Source: Octopus sinensis
Taxonomy: Eukaryota
Assembly (NCBI RefSeq): GCF_006345805.1
Contig: NC_043007.1
Location: 46,500,001-46,564,000 of the forward strand
Reading direction: 5' to 3'
Length of the DNA: 64,000 nt
The position numbers were made by a program, and so were the translations under genes. Of the stretch, positions 38,389 through 58,787 are shown in pieces (within the stretch, counting starts at the first letter, position 1; every line of letters starts with the position of its first letter). The notes under the pieces are model-generated. The model searched no databases. It had not been told where the DNA came from and saw only the letters and a program-made list of their open reading frames with translations.

Positions 38389-38467
38389 TATTCAGGTCAC
38401 TGCTAGAAATCGAACTCGGAATCTTGGGATTTATAGCCCGCTTCCTTAACCACTACGCCCTATGCTC

Positions 38468-38468
<1 letters not shown>
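38385..38468 (-). mobile_element. Short tRNA-derived SINE (family C)
   Basis: Minus strand: ..ggcgTAGTGGTTAAGgaagcggg..ccGAGTTCGATTtct..gtgacctgaataat. A- and B-box-like motifs followed by an (AAT)n tail. Confidence 0.75.
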
Positions 38469-38518
<50 letters not shown>

Positions 38519-38587
38519 ATATATATATAATAATATTAATAATAATAATAATAATAATAATAATGATAATATAATAATAATAATATT

Positions 38588-43655
<5,068 letters not shown>

Positions 43656-44087
43656 TCGGAAAATACCATAGGCATGGGAACGCAAGGTTCGAAAGGCAAA
43701 ATATTTTTCTTAAAAATTTTATTGGTGGCCAGATTATCAGAAATGTTCGGATACACATATGCTGGGATAAGCTACGAAATTGTGTGTTGGATCTATCTCT
43801 AGTATTTATACGTAGTTTTGGCTTTGCGTTTGCTTTCCTGTGGAGATATATAAATATCTCACTTAAAGTGTGCTCCGCTGACGACGAAAAGCCATTGGGC
43901 AAATCAATAAGTTGATCAATCCAGAGCTATCTTTATTGTTATGAATTTCCGTTGGCTTACTTCCTCGATTTCAACACGTGTGTGACTTGGTGATAAGTTT
44001 TAATCTGGCTAGACGATTTAGTGGCTATTTTCAGTATATAGGCTAACATTGTTCTATGTCCTTAATTACACACAAACACACACACAG

Positions 44088-44126
<39 letters not shown>

Positions 44127-44674
44127 GTAACCATGTCTGCTGAAGTATCGTTAACTTAAATGTCATAATTATACTGAAACACCGATTCCTCAAATTCACC
44201 AAATAGCACAGATTTGTGTTTGTTATGAAGTTTGCTATAAATCTAAGAATATAATTTTTTGATCGACGGCAAAATGCAACAGTCAATAATATATTTCCTG
44301 TTCAAATTTGCTGGAGTTACAAATAACCTTTTATACTCGCTTATAATAATTTGATATCGACTTAACAGATATAACTACATATCAGCAAATTATTTGCTGA
44401 ATTTCATCTGTAAAAACACAATTTACATTAGATTAAGAGCTATCTCGCCGAATTCTAATAGTTTGCCTGTTATAAATAGATACATAGTTACAGGTACGAA
44501 CATACGTATGTACACAAACACATCTACAGGCATATGCTTATAATCACTGCTGATATGTGACAAAAATCTCATTTGGAATTTTTTGCATTTCTTACATCTC
44601 TTCATACATATTTCTTCCTTGGATATCCACTTTCATATACGCAGCTGCCTTCTTACGCCCTCATAGAAATACAC

Positions 44675-44772
<98 letters not shown>

Positions 44773-45037
44773 CACACACACGCTTGTATATGCACATATA
44801 CCGTGATATAGCAAGGTGTGTTTGATTAACGGAAATTTAATCCTATCAACGGACGGATTCACAAAGTGGCTTGGGGGAAAAGGGTGGGAGTATTAGAAAC
44901 ATTAAAATAAAATTGATAGATGTATGTAAAGTAAGAAGAGAATGAATTTATACATGTATATGTGAGTGTTTGCATATGAATTTGTGTGTGTGAAAAGGTA
45001 GGTGTGTGTAAGTATATATATACATACATATATACAT

Positions 45038-45091
<54 letters not shown>

Positions 45092-45149
45092 TAGAGAGAG
45101 AGAGAGAGAGAGAGTCAGGAAGAGAGACAGAGATTTACAAATACACATG

Positions 45150-45192
<43 letters not shown>

Positions 45193-46163
45193 GTATATAT
45201 ACACATTTATATCTATCTATCTATGTGTGTGTGTGAGTGTTTGCAATTCTGTAAGTATAAACTCGCATATACTTTGTTTTTGTTGCACATCTGCATTTGT
45301 GGATACTGGTATTAAGAATATGTCTTCCTTTTTCTGTCTAGTAGCTGTTTTTCAGTTATGACGAACTTACTTATGCAATCTCTTCTTCTCATCATACAAG
45401 ATCTTCATTTATTTTTATATATGTTGGTCCCTTGTTTAGTTTCCTTCACTCTTTTCTTCATATTTCAGTTTATTTTTTAATTTATTTTCACTCGCGTATG
45501 CTTGTCTTTAGAATTTATACGACATATACTTTTCTTTGCACTTCATTCAGTTTTGCTATCATTATTCTTTGCCTAGATTGTTATTCCATGCTTTGTGTCG
45601 TTTCTTCTAATGTACTTTGTTATCATCTATCCTTCTTCTTTTTCCAAGTTTGCATTGTTCAGCAAACAATAGTTAATTTACTTTAGATTATTCTGCAGAT
45701 TTCTTGGGATCCAAAATTAGAAACGAAAAGCTGAGCAACAGGTAGACATGCAATGCAAATATCCTATATTTATAATACAAATTCAACTTCATATGTAGAG
45801 TATTTTGATACAGAGAAATATCAGTTTTATTCCAGAATTTTCAAGCACCAAGTCCATAGAATATGAATCTTTCAGTACATAGAAAGCATAAATACAAATA
45901 AACGTATTGTATAACGCATTTTGTAAACAAATATATATTCCTAATCTGAAAGTTTATAGCAGTCATTTGTACCATCCACATCAGATTGCACATGTATAAT
46001 TAAATTTAGATGGAGATGCATCTATATTATCTTAATATGGACATGCATATAAACATTCGGTGATATAATTATTGTATATGAAATATGCACATGGACAGAT
46101 AAAATGGTCAGATCGAAATATACACTAGTAGAAATTAATATCTCGGCAAAAAACATGACACAG

Positions 46164-47010
46164 TAGGAGGGGTTACCCAAATGTAACAGGAAACATTCAC
46201 TTTGGGATGGGACAAGCCCATTGTAGTTCAGGCATCTACCGCTAGAAGCCATTTGATGCGACCCTCAGGCAAAAATCCGCCAGCCGCTGTCATCCGCTAA
46301 AGTCATACTCACACGTAGTACCTCTTTCTTTTGAAGAGCTTCCCCCATCTTCGTCGATTTTGAGATGACTGAAACGAAGTAACCGCGTGCTTCCGTTCAA
46401 TTTTGTTTTCTGCTGGTAAAAATGGCAGCCGAAATAGTTGCCATGCTTCAAACAGCTTGCAAGGATGCAACCATGAGCAAAACACAAGTTCACGAGTGGT
46501 TTGCGCGTTTAAGGAATTGTCACGTCGTTTCAAAGACAACCTAGTTCATGACGGCAATCGACCGCCTGAACGAATGAAAACATCATTAAAATTCATGAAC
46601 TGAGGTTGGAGGATCGTTACTGAATTTTCAGCGAGTAATTGCGAACAAAATAAGTTGCAGGAAAATTTGTGCCTCACTTGCACATGCAAGACCAAAGACA
46701 GTCACGACCGAATGCATATCACGAACTGGAAAACGAGTTGGAAGTTGTTCCGGACCTTTATTCGAAGGTCATCCCTGATGACGAAAGTTGGGGCTACGGA
46801 ATATGCAGATGTGGAAGAGGTTTTAAAAAGAAATCGCCGCTGGCGTTAAAATGCATCATTTCGTAAGAGATGTAGCACTGCTTGGAATAGTGGACTGATG
46901 CATTGCTTCCAATGGAGAATATTTCGGAGGTGTTAAAAGTGTAAATATATACAACTAAGTGAATAAAGTGATATTACAAAACTCCGGCTTCTTATGGGTA
47001 AAATTTCGTA
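46164..47010 (+). mobile_element. Internally deleted mariner element (second subfamily)
   Basis: Degenerate TIRs TAGGAGGGGTTACCCAAATGTAACAGGA and its inverse at 46983-47010. Fragments read RASVQFCFLL..AAEIVAMLQTA..MSKTQVHEWFARL and DLYSKVIPDDESWGYG. Confidence 0.8.
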
Positions 47011-47319
47011 TATATATGTATATATATATTATATTACTTTATTCATTTAGTTTTACATATGGGACTGGAATTCAGCCCTCTATGTTTTCGCGACAAGTGT
47101 TCTACCTTCATGTTTTAGAACTATAATTTCATAGTGCTGTTTTTATAAACAGACATATTTTTGCCTTATCTATGATGATTTTTTGGTAAGCGGTGCTGAT
47201 TTTACAGTTCTGTAAATAATGAGTTTTAAGCTTATAAAATATTACTATTAATTACAGAATTGTAAAATCGGAACCTCTTACCAAAAGACAAAAAACCATT
47301 GCAGATAACGTATAACTAT

Positions 47320-47358
<39 letters not shown>

Positions 47359-47386
47359 CATATATATATGTAAAATAAATAAATAA

Positions 47387-47444
<58 letters not shown>

Positions 47445-48029
47445 ATATATACATACATATAAACACATACATGTATTCCCATGTACTCTCTCTATCTCTT
47501 TCCCACACGCACCCATATATATCCACATGTATATAAATATATACATGATATCCGAAAGATACTACCTTCTTAAAAGACGTAAGAATTTGGTAAAACCATC
47601 TATAATCATATCCGCAGGAGAACTTATCCTGCAACTCACACCAAATTTATATCACAACCAAAATATAACACATCTCTAAAACTAAAGAATGTTGGAAATA
47701 TGTACAAATAAAAGTAGCAACGCTCTTTAAACAAAGCAGTCAAAGCACTTCATGGAATGCATGCAGAAAAGCGAGTAAGTTCTGGCAAATTTGGAAGGCA
47801 ATATCTAATTACGCTTGTTTTTCGTCGTTGGAAGACATTTACTCCCCTTATTAGACGTGTGTTCTCTTCTTCATTGAGGGTAGGGGATATCACGGAGCTT
47901 CAATCTGATTGTGTAGCTCTTTAGTCAAACATAACACTTGATTTTATACAGCTGCTGCTGGATAAGTTGATTCTATGTGAAACATATTTTATGTTACGCT
48001 TGAATTTGCCCGAACGTATTAAGAATACA

Positions 48030-49187
48030 TATTTTGCCATCTTATAAATAATGCAGTTTTTTCAACTGCATGAACTAAAAGTTGAAGGGGGACTGGATAA
48101 ACTACCTACATCAACTTGCTATAGAAGCAGGTAGTAATTTTACCTTGTCCTTATTCTCAGTGCAAGTTTTGAAGAGTGCAGTTCGATTTTAACAGTTATC
48201 TCTTGAAAGTTTTAATGTAAGTAATAAAGGAGTATATTCGGCATAATATACTTTATGAGTTTAATAAGGGCAACAAAACTACGGAAAGTGTGAGGAATAT
48301 TAACCCAGTATATGGGGATTGGACAATAAGCGTAAGTCAGTGTCAACGGTGCTTCCATACATTCCGAACCGGAAACTACAGAGTAAAAGACGAGCCCCGT
48401 CCTGGAAAATCTGTAGAGCTTGACTAGGACATTCTTCAAACCGTGGTGGAACAAAATCCTCTTAACAGTTGAGGAACTAGCAGATAAGCTTGGATTTGAT
48501 CATTCAACAATTTATCGACACCTGTGCCATCGGAATTGTCAGGAAATTGGATGAATGGGTTCCTCACAAAGTTTCCGAAACTAATCGTGCGCAGAGTGAA
48601 TGTGTGTTCTTCTTTACGGTCACGTCTCACGGATGAACCTTTTTTGGATCGAAAAGTGACTGGTGACGAGAAATGGGTTCTCTATAAAAATGTCAAGCGC
48701 CGATGATAGTGGGAAGAAAAGGAGAAACACCGGCATCCCAGATCTTCATCCACGTAAGTTGTTGTTATTTGCTTGGTTGGATATGAAAGATTTAGTTCAC
48801 TTTGAAAATTGAAACCCAAACCAAATGATAACAAAGGAGATCTACTGTGAATAGCTTGAGCAGCTTAAGTCAGCACTAGAAGAAAAACGACCATCTTTGG
48901 TTTCAACACGAAGGGTGTTCTCTTCCATCTGGATAATGCTTGGCCACATACAGCGAGAATAACATTCTAAAGGCTGAAGCAATTTGAATTAAAAACGATG
49001 TCACACCCACTATATTCGCTGGACATTGCCCCATCTGATTATCATTTATTCCGCAGTGTTCAAAATAGGTTAGACGGGAAACAATATGAATTCCGTACTG
49101 GAGGCGGATTTTCGTCAAGGACAAGTGAATTTTTGAAGAGATGCCTTGTAAGTCTACCAAACGCATTATTTGTGAAATGACCCGATA
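48030..49187 (+). mobile_element. Degenerate mariner transposon, copy 2, with both TIRs
   Basis: Left end tattttgccatcttataaataatgc; right end gcattatttgtgaaatgacccgata. Motifs FLDRKVTGDEKWVLYKNVKRR and HPLYSLDIAPSDYHLFRS. Lacks a 3' segment present in copy 1. Confidence 0.9.
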
Positions 49188-52100
49188 TATTATATTATTG
49201 TTTTCATTCTCGATGTATTGCCTGTACTTCATGAATTATTATTTACTTGGCAAACATCAACATGTAGCGACAAATAACATTTTCCCCATACTTTTGGCAG
49301 ATTCGTCTGTCTGAAATATATTTCCTTATAATCTCGAAAAGACTTAAAGCAGCTAATCCTGTGTGGTATGAAACAAAAGCGATCATTTATTTGTCTTCGC
49401 ATATGCTACAATATATTAAGAATGAATGCATACGTTATTGTTGAGATCATACACATGCATGTTCTAATCTAGCGTACGAAAACGCGTAAAGCAAACTAAA
49501 AGGATGAAATAGAAATAATTTTTAAAAAAAGGATGGAGAATGCGTTTCTTAGAAATTGCATAAATTACGAAATAAGGTTCAAGAGATTAAAAAAAGGGGG
49601 TGCAATTTGGAAATTCAATTTTAGAAAGTAAAACAAATAGATTAGATAGCAACTTTACTGTGGAAATAGCTGATTATAACTGAAATATTTTAGATTGCTG
49701 GGAATGGTATCGGTTAGTAGTAAAGCACCGATTCTCGAATACTAATTAAATAAATAAAATATTGCTGTATTGTCCAATGGAAACTTTTTTCAATTTACAA
49801 ATCATAGGTTTGCATTTGGAAGAAAATTTGCTCTGTATTATTAAAACCTCTTCCTTGGGAAATAATTGGGAATATAGTAACTTAAAACATAGATGATAAG
49901 TATTTACAAAGTAAACAGGAAAACGTGATAGTATTGAAGAAATTTATATAAAGAGATACGTCAGGCGATAATGAGATAAGTGAATTGAATTTATGATAAA
50001 ATCTATCTATGTTAAGGTTCGCAGAAAGGTTAGATTCTATTGACTGAAGAGCGAATGAAGATATGAGCAAGAATGAGAGATATAGTAATTAATAATCAAA
50101 TTAAATACTACAGGCAATAGTATGATGTATGCAATTTATTACTTATAACGCCGGGGAAAAGTAATATCAATGTAAAACTAAGCAAAAATATATATTGTAT
50201 TAGTATAAAAGATTACATTCCAAATTAAATATTTATGAATTGTAACTCACGTCGATACAAAGATGTGGGAGGATAAATCATGTTGTAGTTATGTCGAAGA
50301 ATTGAAATTAGGATGAAGACTTGAAGAAACTCATTTGCAGTTCGTATGGAAAATTTTAAGTATCTAATATTTTTATAAACATACAATTTAAGCTATCAAT
50401 AATGAGATAGGCCTTACAAAAGCAGCAGATCCCCTTAATGGGATTTGTTCCAGGGAATTAAAAATATTTAGAAGTATTGTCTTCTCGATACATTAAAAAA
50501 ACTCATAAGAGTAACATAGAAGAAGAAAAATACGTATTTCATTGGATTTAAATTACTTCCACCTGTCTAAGAATATTTCATGAATCAGCACATTTTCTCT
50601 ATCAAGTAATTTCTACTCCAACGTATACTGTCTCATCTTCAACATACAGTACAAAATATAGAAAAATATTCCATCGTGTGCGAAAGTAGTTAATTTGGAG
50701 CTTCTCGCACTCCCCCATCTCTGTATACGTAAAATTATTCACACTATTTGCAACCGCTCATATTCATTGCAATTCAAAATGGAAGATATCGTATGTTTTT
50801 GTTCGCTGAAACTTTTCTCTGTCGTAGAAACTAATTTGTCATATGCTTTACTGCTGTAAATAACCTACGTTTTATTTTTCGATATTTTATTTACAAAATA
50901 ACAACAAAAATACATTTTCCTTTCAGTATTCCTTTTTTGCTTTTTTTATTGACTGCTGCATTTCGGGACGTGGAAAATTTGCATAATTCCATAATACTGA
51001 AAGGTTAACTGGTGAGACGATCTCCCACAGGAAATTTCAATCTTGTGAGGCAGTTTAAAGAGTTGAAGGCAGACTAAAGGATATTTCTTTACCCTTTTAT
51101 TTTAGAGAGTTAACAAACTTACTTTGTAAAGCCCTACAACTCTTATTGAAACATCGATGAAGTAAACAATGCAAATTTCACAATTTTTGAGAACGAGTGT
51201 ACTATTAAACGCAAATTGAAGGCTGCACCTCAGACATAAAGGAATTCCAGTTGACGTAATCTCGAGTACGAAATAAAAGGGTTTTTTGCGGAACTGAAGG
51301 GAATTGGGTAGGAAAAGCTATGGTGAGGGTGAATGTTTAGTGGTGGCCTACATGCTAGAGCTAAAGTAACCCAAGTGTCTCAGTAATGATATAATTTTAA
51401 TACGCTTAATGATTTTAAGAAGTAGCATTTATCTTTCCTATAAGTAAAGACGATATTTTTCACAGATTCACTTTTTCCATAAATGCTGATGTATTCCTAT
51501 AAATGCAGTATATAGAAGAAAACTGAAGAACTATAGACGCAAATAAAGTAGGCTCTTAGAATGTGGATAAATTCTAATTAAAAAAATAATGCTAAATTAA
51601 TATAACTCTTCAAAATATCTATAAAAGGGAGATGCCACTGTACACTTATTTTACACAGAAAAGCACGGCATAGAATATTTCCAGCAATACTTCTACCCCC
51701 TCTCTCTCTCTTGCAAAAATTACGTAATGCGTATCAAGTTTGCATGATGATGATCGAAGAGTTGTGACAAACAGTAGTCATAATGATTATACAGAGATAA
51801 AAGTGAGTCAACGAGCCGTACGTATAGGCGCTTTTTTGCACATATTTGCATATGTAGCTAGACCATTGAAATAAATTCCTTTCTTCCAGACAAAATAATA
51901 TCGATAATATAATTAAGTGTGCTAAATTGACTGGTTAAATAATGTATTTAAAACAAAAATTAGAAATAAATATATTATATAAAGATGAAGCATTGTATCT
52001 TTAGTAGAAACCAGCTCCTTCCTCAACAGAATGAATTAAACAATTAAAAACAGAAGAGAACTATACAGGCATGCATGCATGAATGCATACATACAAACAT

Positions 52101-52797
52101 ACATACATACATACATACATACATACATACATACATACATACATACATACATACATACATAGGTACGTAACTATCATATGATATCTGTATGAAAATTTTG
52201 AACAAAGAATATCACTGCCTCATTGGTCTCTTAAACACCAGCATCACTGATATGTTCCTTTACACCTACTAGTTACCTATACATTTTACTTAGCTGTTGA
52301 TGACGGATAAACACCCTTGTTGTCACGTGCTTTAATTCCATTCCGTGTTTTAGTTTTCTCTGCAACTGTCAGCAATAGCATGCAACATATAACAGACGTG
52401 TTAAAGATCAAATGAGGACTGAGTTTTAAGCGAGGAAAGGCTTTGGAAGTGGTCAAACGTTCTCTATGAAATTATACGCCGCTCTGTAAACAACGTATAA
52501 GATTACTACTGTACATCATTTGAAGTAAAGGAGAGGCCGAGCGTTCCTTCTAATTATGAAATATATCTAAACAAAATCATTGTATCACTCACTCCCAACT
52601 ATTGAATATACGTTAACTTACTGAGTTCATTTGTCCTCTAACGGAATTTGAATTCCTTCCTGCAGCGTGTCTTAAGAGTACTCTCTTTACCAAGCAGAGA
52701 CGGTTGGCCCAATCATACATGCATACATACTTACACACATACAAAAATACAAATAGGATAAATAACAATGGTGGAAATAATACTAATGATGATGATG

Positions 52798-52859
<62 letters not shown>

Positions 52860-52862
<3 letters not shown>

Positions 52863-53440
52863 GTTGATAACACAGACCAATCCACCCCCACCTCTAACCT
52901 CTCCCTAGGCAGTAATACTTCAGCCATTCCTGATAATAATCCCCACAATGCACTACCATGCGCTTTGAGGCAATTTTCCCTCTTCAACCCGTTGCAAAGT
53001 TTGTAGAAATGCACCGTATTCAACAAGTTACACAATTCTACTATATAGGATCAACTACAAATTTTAAACAGAGACACGCTGCACATGTCAATTGGTCTGG
53101 ATATAAGAAACACAATAAATCTACAACTCTCACCTGTCGTATACATCATCTTTAAAATAGGAATATTCCACATAACTTGTCATGGTCCATCAAGGAGTCA
53201 GGGCTTCAATACCAGGGTCAACTATGACTAAAAGAGGAATTCAACTTATTAAAACATAACTCTTCACTACTATTAACTAAGTATAATAAAGCCCTAGGTA
53301 CATAGGACCACCGCTTTTATACCTTCAAATTTTACCACAAATTCAAATGCAAGCCCAATCACCACACAGTGCATATACTGAACAAATTTATTTGACTTTG
53401 CAATTTCTCATTTTTTAATATTTTTAACTGTTTAAAAATA
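52860..53440 (+). mobile_element. GIY-YIG endonuclease remnant (Penelope-like)
   Basis: (Y)KCTV..FYYIGSTTNFKQRHAAH..KSTTL..LSWSI. Confidence 0.55.
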
Positions 53441-53458
53441 TGCAAATGTATATATATA

Positions 53459-54479
53459 CTAGCTTAAGGTGATCCGCTCTACGCGCGGGTAAGAGTGTGG
53501 TTGTTACTTCCTGTTGCTTCCTTTCAGCACGTAAAAAGCGCCATCCGAGCGCAGCCGATTGCAGCGCCGCCTTGACTGGCTTCTGTGCCGGTGGCACGTA
53601 AAAAGCACCAACCGATCGTAGTCGCTGCCAGGCCCCCTGGCACCTGTGCCGGCGGCACGAAAAAAGCACCCACTACACTCACAGAGTGGTTGGCGTTAGG
53701 AAGGGCATCCACCTGTAGAAACACTGCCAGATCAGACTGGATCCTGGTGCAGCCTCCTAGCTTCCCAGACCCCGGTAAAACTGTCCAACCCGTGCTAGCA
53801 CGGAAAACGGACGTTACACGATGATGATGATGATGATGATGATGATTCTCCCTCTTTGTTTCTCTCTCCTTTCTCTCTCACTTCCCACTCTCTTACTTTT
53901 CTTTTCTCTCGGACTCTCCCTCGCTTTCTCTTACTCTCTATCTTTATCTATCTCTTTCCCATTTATAAACAACAAAAGATCTTGGGTAAGTTGAGAAATA
54001 TAATATTTAGAAAGATCAGTCATAAATATCAGGCAGTGGCAACGGAAAGGTCTGCTTCAAGGCAGACAGCAAAACACTAACATTTAAAAGGGACAGATGA
54101 ACTTGCGAGCTGAATAAAAATAATAAAATATTGGAAACCAAAATTTGAAGGGATAGAATCTGAGGATTTCTTAACGACGGACAGCAACGTATTGACAGTT
54201 TAACGGCTGGCATAAAATTTTGAACTTGATGTAAAAGAAAATTAGTAAACACCAAGTTCTGAAGTGATTCTTTCTCACGACAGTAGACTCACCATGGCAA
54301 TCATTCAAAACTTCGTCATCGGGTCTACTGGGGCCACATTATATAACATGAGGAATTTTGTCCTAGAGGTCACGCCTGTCATTTGAGGAAAACAATAGTT
54401 GTCATGCAAACTTGCCAGCACTTTTAACATAGGTGTGCATATTTTCAGCTCAACCGGCCACATAATTCACACATTATAT

Positions 54480-54518
<39 letters not shown>

Positions 54519-55404
54519 ATGTCTATATGTGTGTGAGTGTGTGTGTGTGTGTGTGTGCACGCATTATATATATACAAATGTATACAAATTATATATATAT
54601 ATATATATGTATAAATCAAATTAGAGATAAAACCACTAATAGGCAAATCAAACAGTGAAAAACAAAAAACAAAAACATAAAAATAAAAATATAATATACA
54701 AAATATATAAAATATAAAATTGAAAAATTTAAATCATTTAAATTTAAAATAAAAATTATTAATTTATATTTATAATTTTTTAAAAAGTATATATAAATAT
54801 CAAAAAGTATTAAAAAGTTTAATATACATAAATACATATATATACACTTTGTATATATACATTATATATACATATTTATATATAGAACACACACAGACAC
54901 ATATATAAATGAACCCAATAAATATCTGATTTATAATATTTGTTCTCATGATTGTGTGGTGGTGGTGACGATGATAATTCTCTCTATGAATTTAGACAGA
55001 CGTAGAGAGAGAGAGTGCGTGTGAAAGCGCTGTGGAAGGCGGGGAGGAGGAGGGGGAGATATAGAACGCGTTTGATGAAGTTATAAAGAGAAAGTGAAGG
55101 GGAGTTAGACGCCGTTATCGATGTTATATATAGAAAGTGATGGGAAGGGAGGAAAGATAGTGAGTGGCGGACGAAGACAGATACATAAAAGAATGAGAGT
55201 CGACTTGTCAAAGTGCGTTTTTGGATCTAGCAATGACACCTTTTAAGATAGGGATTTCTAACCTAGCCCATTGGCATCCTCACCTCATTTTACATGTCCC
55301 TATAAATTTTGGAGTCAATCCGACGGGAACTAGTGGCCTTTAAACCGTTCCAGACAAACAAACAAACAAACAAGCTTTTCGCATTACAGTTTTATAAATA
55401 GAGA
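53459..55404 (-). mobile_element. Non-autonomous Helitron-like element (termini)
   Basis: Minus-strand 5' end A|TCTCTATTTATAAAACTGTAATGCGAAAAGCTTGTTTGTTTG. The 3' end has the hairpin ACCCGCGCGTAGAGCGGAT followed by CTAG|T. The two ends are assumed to belong to one element. Confidence 0.55.
53521..53846 (+). mobile_element. SINE 3' portion with internal repeats and (ATG)n tail (family D)
   Basis: Three gcacg.aaaaagc units, ggttggcgttaggaagggcatcc, and aacggacgttacacg(atg)n. Confidence 0.8.
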
Positions 55405-55773
55405 TATAAATATTGTAAGTTTTTGGATAATTTTCGGTTTTTAAAAGTTGGCATTTTTTTATTGCTGGCGAAGAACCACGGCTACTCAGTATAAACAAGT
55501 GGCAAGTAGTTTCATCACCTCGTATGTATATGTTTAACCCTAGATGTTTCTGCTGAAGACGATTTCACCTGGCGAGTGTATGTTATTCATTTCCTCGCTA
55601 AACTAAAATCAGAAACCAATTGGTCCAGGAAACTAGATGGTAATATGTTTTTATTTTTCATTTCGTTCCTGTCAAATTTTATCCCTAATTTTGTGGTTAT
55701 AGAACCTAACTGTTCTTTCTAGCGTGTTGAGTCTTATGAGTGGATTCCTCATGTGTTTAAATGTACACTGTAT

Positions 55774-55831
<58 letters not shown>

Positions 55832-55832
55832 A

Positions 55833-55865
<33 letters not shown>

Positions 55866-55868
55866 CAT

Positions 55869-56032
55869 AGGCGCAGGAATGGCTGTGTGGTAAGAATCTT
55901 GCTTCCCAACCACACAATTCATGGTTCAGTCCTACTGGGTGGTACTTTAGGCGAGTGTTCTCTACTATAGTCACGAGCCGTCCAAAGCCTTGTCAATAGA
56001 TTTGGTGGACGGAAACTGAAAGAAGACCGTGG

Positions 56033-56063
<31 letters not shown>

Positions 56064-56180
56064 TAGTTATTTGTGTCTATGTTGCTGTGCTTATATCCCC
56101 GTCACTTAGGGCTTTGGTAAAAAGGGACCGATAGAATAATTACTAGCCTTACAAAAATAATTCCAGGGGTCGATTTGTTC
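55869..56180 (+). mobile_element. Bipartite SINE (family A)
   Basis: aggcgcaggaatggctgtgtggtaag..gaaactgaaagaagaccg, (TA)n, then a degenerate 3' body. Confidence 0.8.
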
Positions 56181-58787
56181 TGAATATTTAAATTGTAAAC
56201 TTAGTAAATATTTCTTTCAGTAATGTATAGCTGCTGTTTGCAAATAGCGACTTAAATCTTGAAATGAAAACAATAAAATTGACAGTGAGAAAATGGAAAA
56301 TTTCGCCGCTGCTACGCCAATACCGGAAGTTGATATCGAGAAACTTTCTCCATAGAAATTGTAATAAAAGCTTTTATTAAAGATCCATTTATATCTGAGC
56401 TGGTGTATTGTATCTGGAAGGAAATCATTCTCAGTTATAAAACTTTGAATTAGTGAATATCAGGATGTTCCCTTAATTGTTGATGCAAATAATATTTTAA
56501 CTTGATCTTGGCGTGAAACAATATCCAAATGTCCTACGGATGGCGAGGCATACAAGATAATGTCATCTTACGTGAACAATGACGGATAGAAAGGCCATGT
56601 TCTCAAAGTTACAGTGAGTTGGATAATACGCTACACCAGTCATAGTTGTCTTGAATTTAAACAACAACTGGTCACGTATCCTTCATTGTATATTCACTAT
56701 CGTATTGAGACGAGAACAAACAAAATCCTGGGCAAATTCTTTAGCTAAACAGACAAAGTATCTCAGCCGCATCTCTATCAAATTAAATCGGAGCTTGCTG
56801 ACGCAGTTTATAAATCAAGCTAACAGATTTGATCATTTAGTTAAAGATAAATTGTGCCGGAGAAACAACCGAATGCTCATAGAACATTTTTTTATCGTAG
56901 TTTAGCTTGACTAGGAGTTTATCTGTTTGGAAAAACACTAAGTAATATAATGTGGTTCACTGTGAAATCTGCTTACAAAATGTGACAAGCACTTTTAACC
57001 GCGTTGATTGAAGAAAATTTCTTTTGATATAGCTTTAGGATAAATGAAGATGGCTGCATCCAAAATTACTTTGATTCATTCATGCTACATTTGAAGTTCT
57101 GCAACATCATTAATAATTCTTTATTACTATTACTTCTATTCCTCACATTTTCAAAAGCTTTTGATGTGACCAAACAGAATAATCGCCATAGATGAAGGTA
57201 AAGCTACCACAGCTCATTCTGAAAACCAAAATTTTGTACTATTACAACTGATAAAGCAATACAAAAGTTTCCGCTTTGTTTAATGCATTTTATTCTTCAT
57301 AAACTGAAATACATGAGTCTAAACATTATATAAACCGACAAACTGGAAGTATTGTTAAAGAGTGGGATAGACATTTTCCCGTCTCTCCCTGATTTCAAAT
57401 CGCTTGATTAAATTTAACATTTATCTTTCCAGACTCGCAAAAATTAATAATCTAAGGTGCTAGATTTGGCAGCACTGTTAAATTACTGTGTTGTAGATTT
57501 GATTTTTTTCTAGGTTTGTAGTTTTATAAAACCACGGCTGTGATGAAACTGATACCAAGTTGTTATCATCCTATTGTTTTCTCTTGCACAACAGCAGTAG
57601 CGTATAAATGTGCTGTATGGCAGCTGTTATTCCTTCACAAAATTTACTTTTATCAGGTTTGCGCATATAGTTTCCCATACATAGACAACTATAACTCCTC
57701 ATAGATACAGGCAACTCGATGTGTTTTGTCACTGAATATATTTCCAGTATAACTGGTTAACTTTAATGTTTTGAAACCCAAAGTGGTTGTACGATATTCC
57801 ATGCTCTAATTGTAACACAGCTAATATGGTCTCAAAGCACAAATGACATTCGATAAATTGATATTTCTTCGCAAGGTTATGACAGTGAAGATACACTGAA
57901 AGGGAAGCTAATTGAAATTTATAAGCAATGATCAGCATAACGTTGTGATAATTTACATAGTTCTTATTATTTTATTCCAATCTCCACTGATTCTCTTAAG
58001 CATTACGACCGATATCTTGTTAAAATCATTATTAAAACATTGCGAAATGGATGAATCAATTTGGACGCAAATATAAAAACAATGCGAAGGCAATCGACCA
58101 CCTATATTCGGACAAACTCAAAATGTACGTTGTAAAACTATTTGTAAATCTATTTGTGGACATTGCAAAGAGTTACTAGAAAATTTGGGTGCCTGTCATC
58201 AATTTACTACTCAGTTTTACTAAACAATTTGGACATTAGTCATCAATAAACAGTTACCCGTTATATTGACGATTGTAAAAGAATGAACATGTGAATTAAA
58301 GAGCTGAGAAAAGAAAGAATAAAATAACATCAATAACTGAATGTAGAATACACTGCGCAGAAAGTGACATAAGGCAACAATATTAACCAAAAATGTAGGA
58401 AGTAAACTTTCCTATAGAAGTAGGAGCGTGCCTCGTATAGGAGTAACAAAATAATTACTAGGTACAATGGGAAGCTAATACAAATATCCAGAAAACAGAG
58501 ACGATACAAGTTCCTGTTTTTGACGAAGCCAACAATTACAGGATATTTGACACGAGAAAAAAGAGAACATAGAAAACGTGAAAAAGTTACAAGCTTAGAT
58601 GTTATTCAGATTGTAGACGTTCATGCATATACTGCAGAAGATACTTGGAGTTTTCACACACTGGAATTAATGCCATATTACAGACTGCCAAGAAGCAATT
58701 GGTGGTACTGTCATATTCCAGAAAAAACTCCATATTGAATGAGAGGCAGAGCAGCTTACGCAGTCTGAGAGATTCATAAATATTCGG

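Noticed and set aside
38385-38468. tRNA-like sequence
   Set aside because: It has A and B boxes but no complete acceptor stem, and it ends in an (AAT)n tail, so it is treated as a SINE rather than a tRNA gene.
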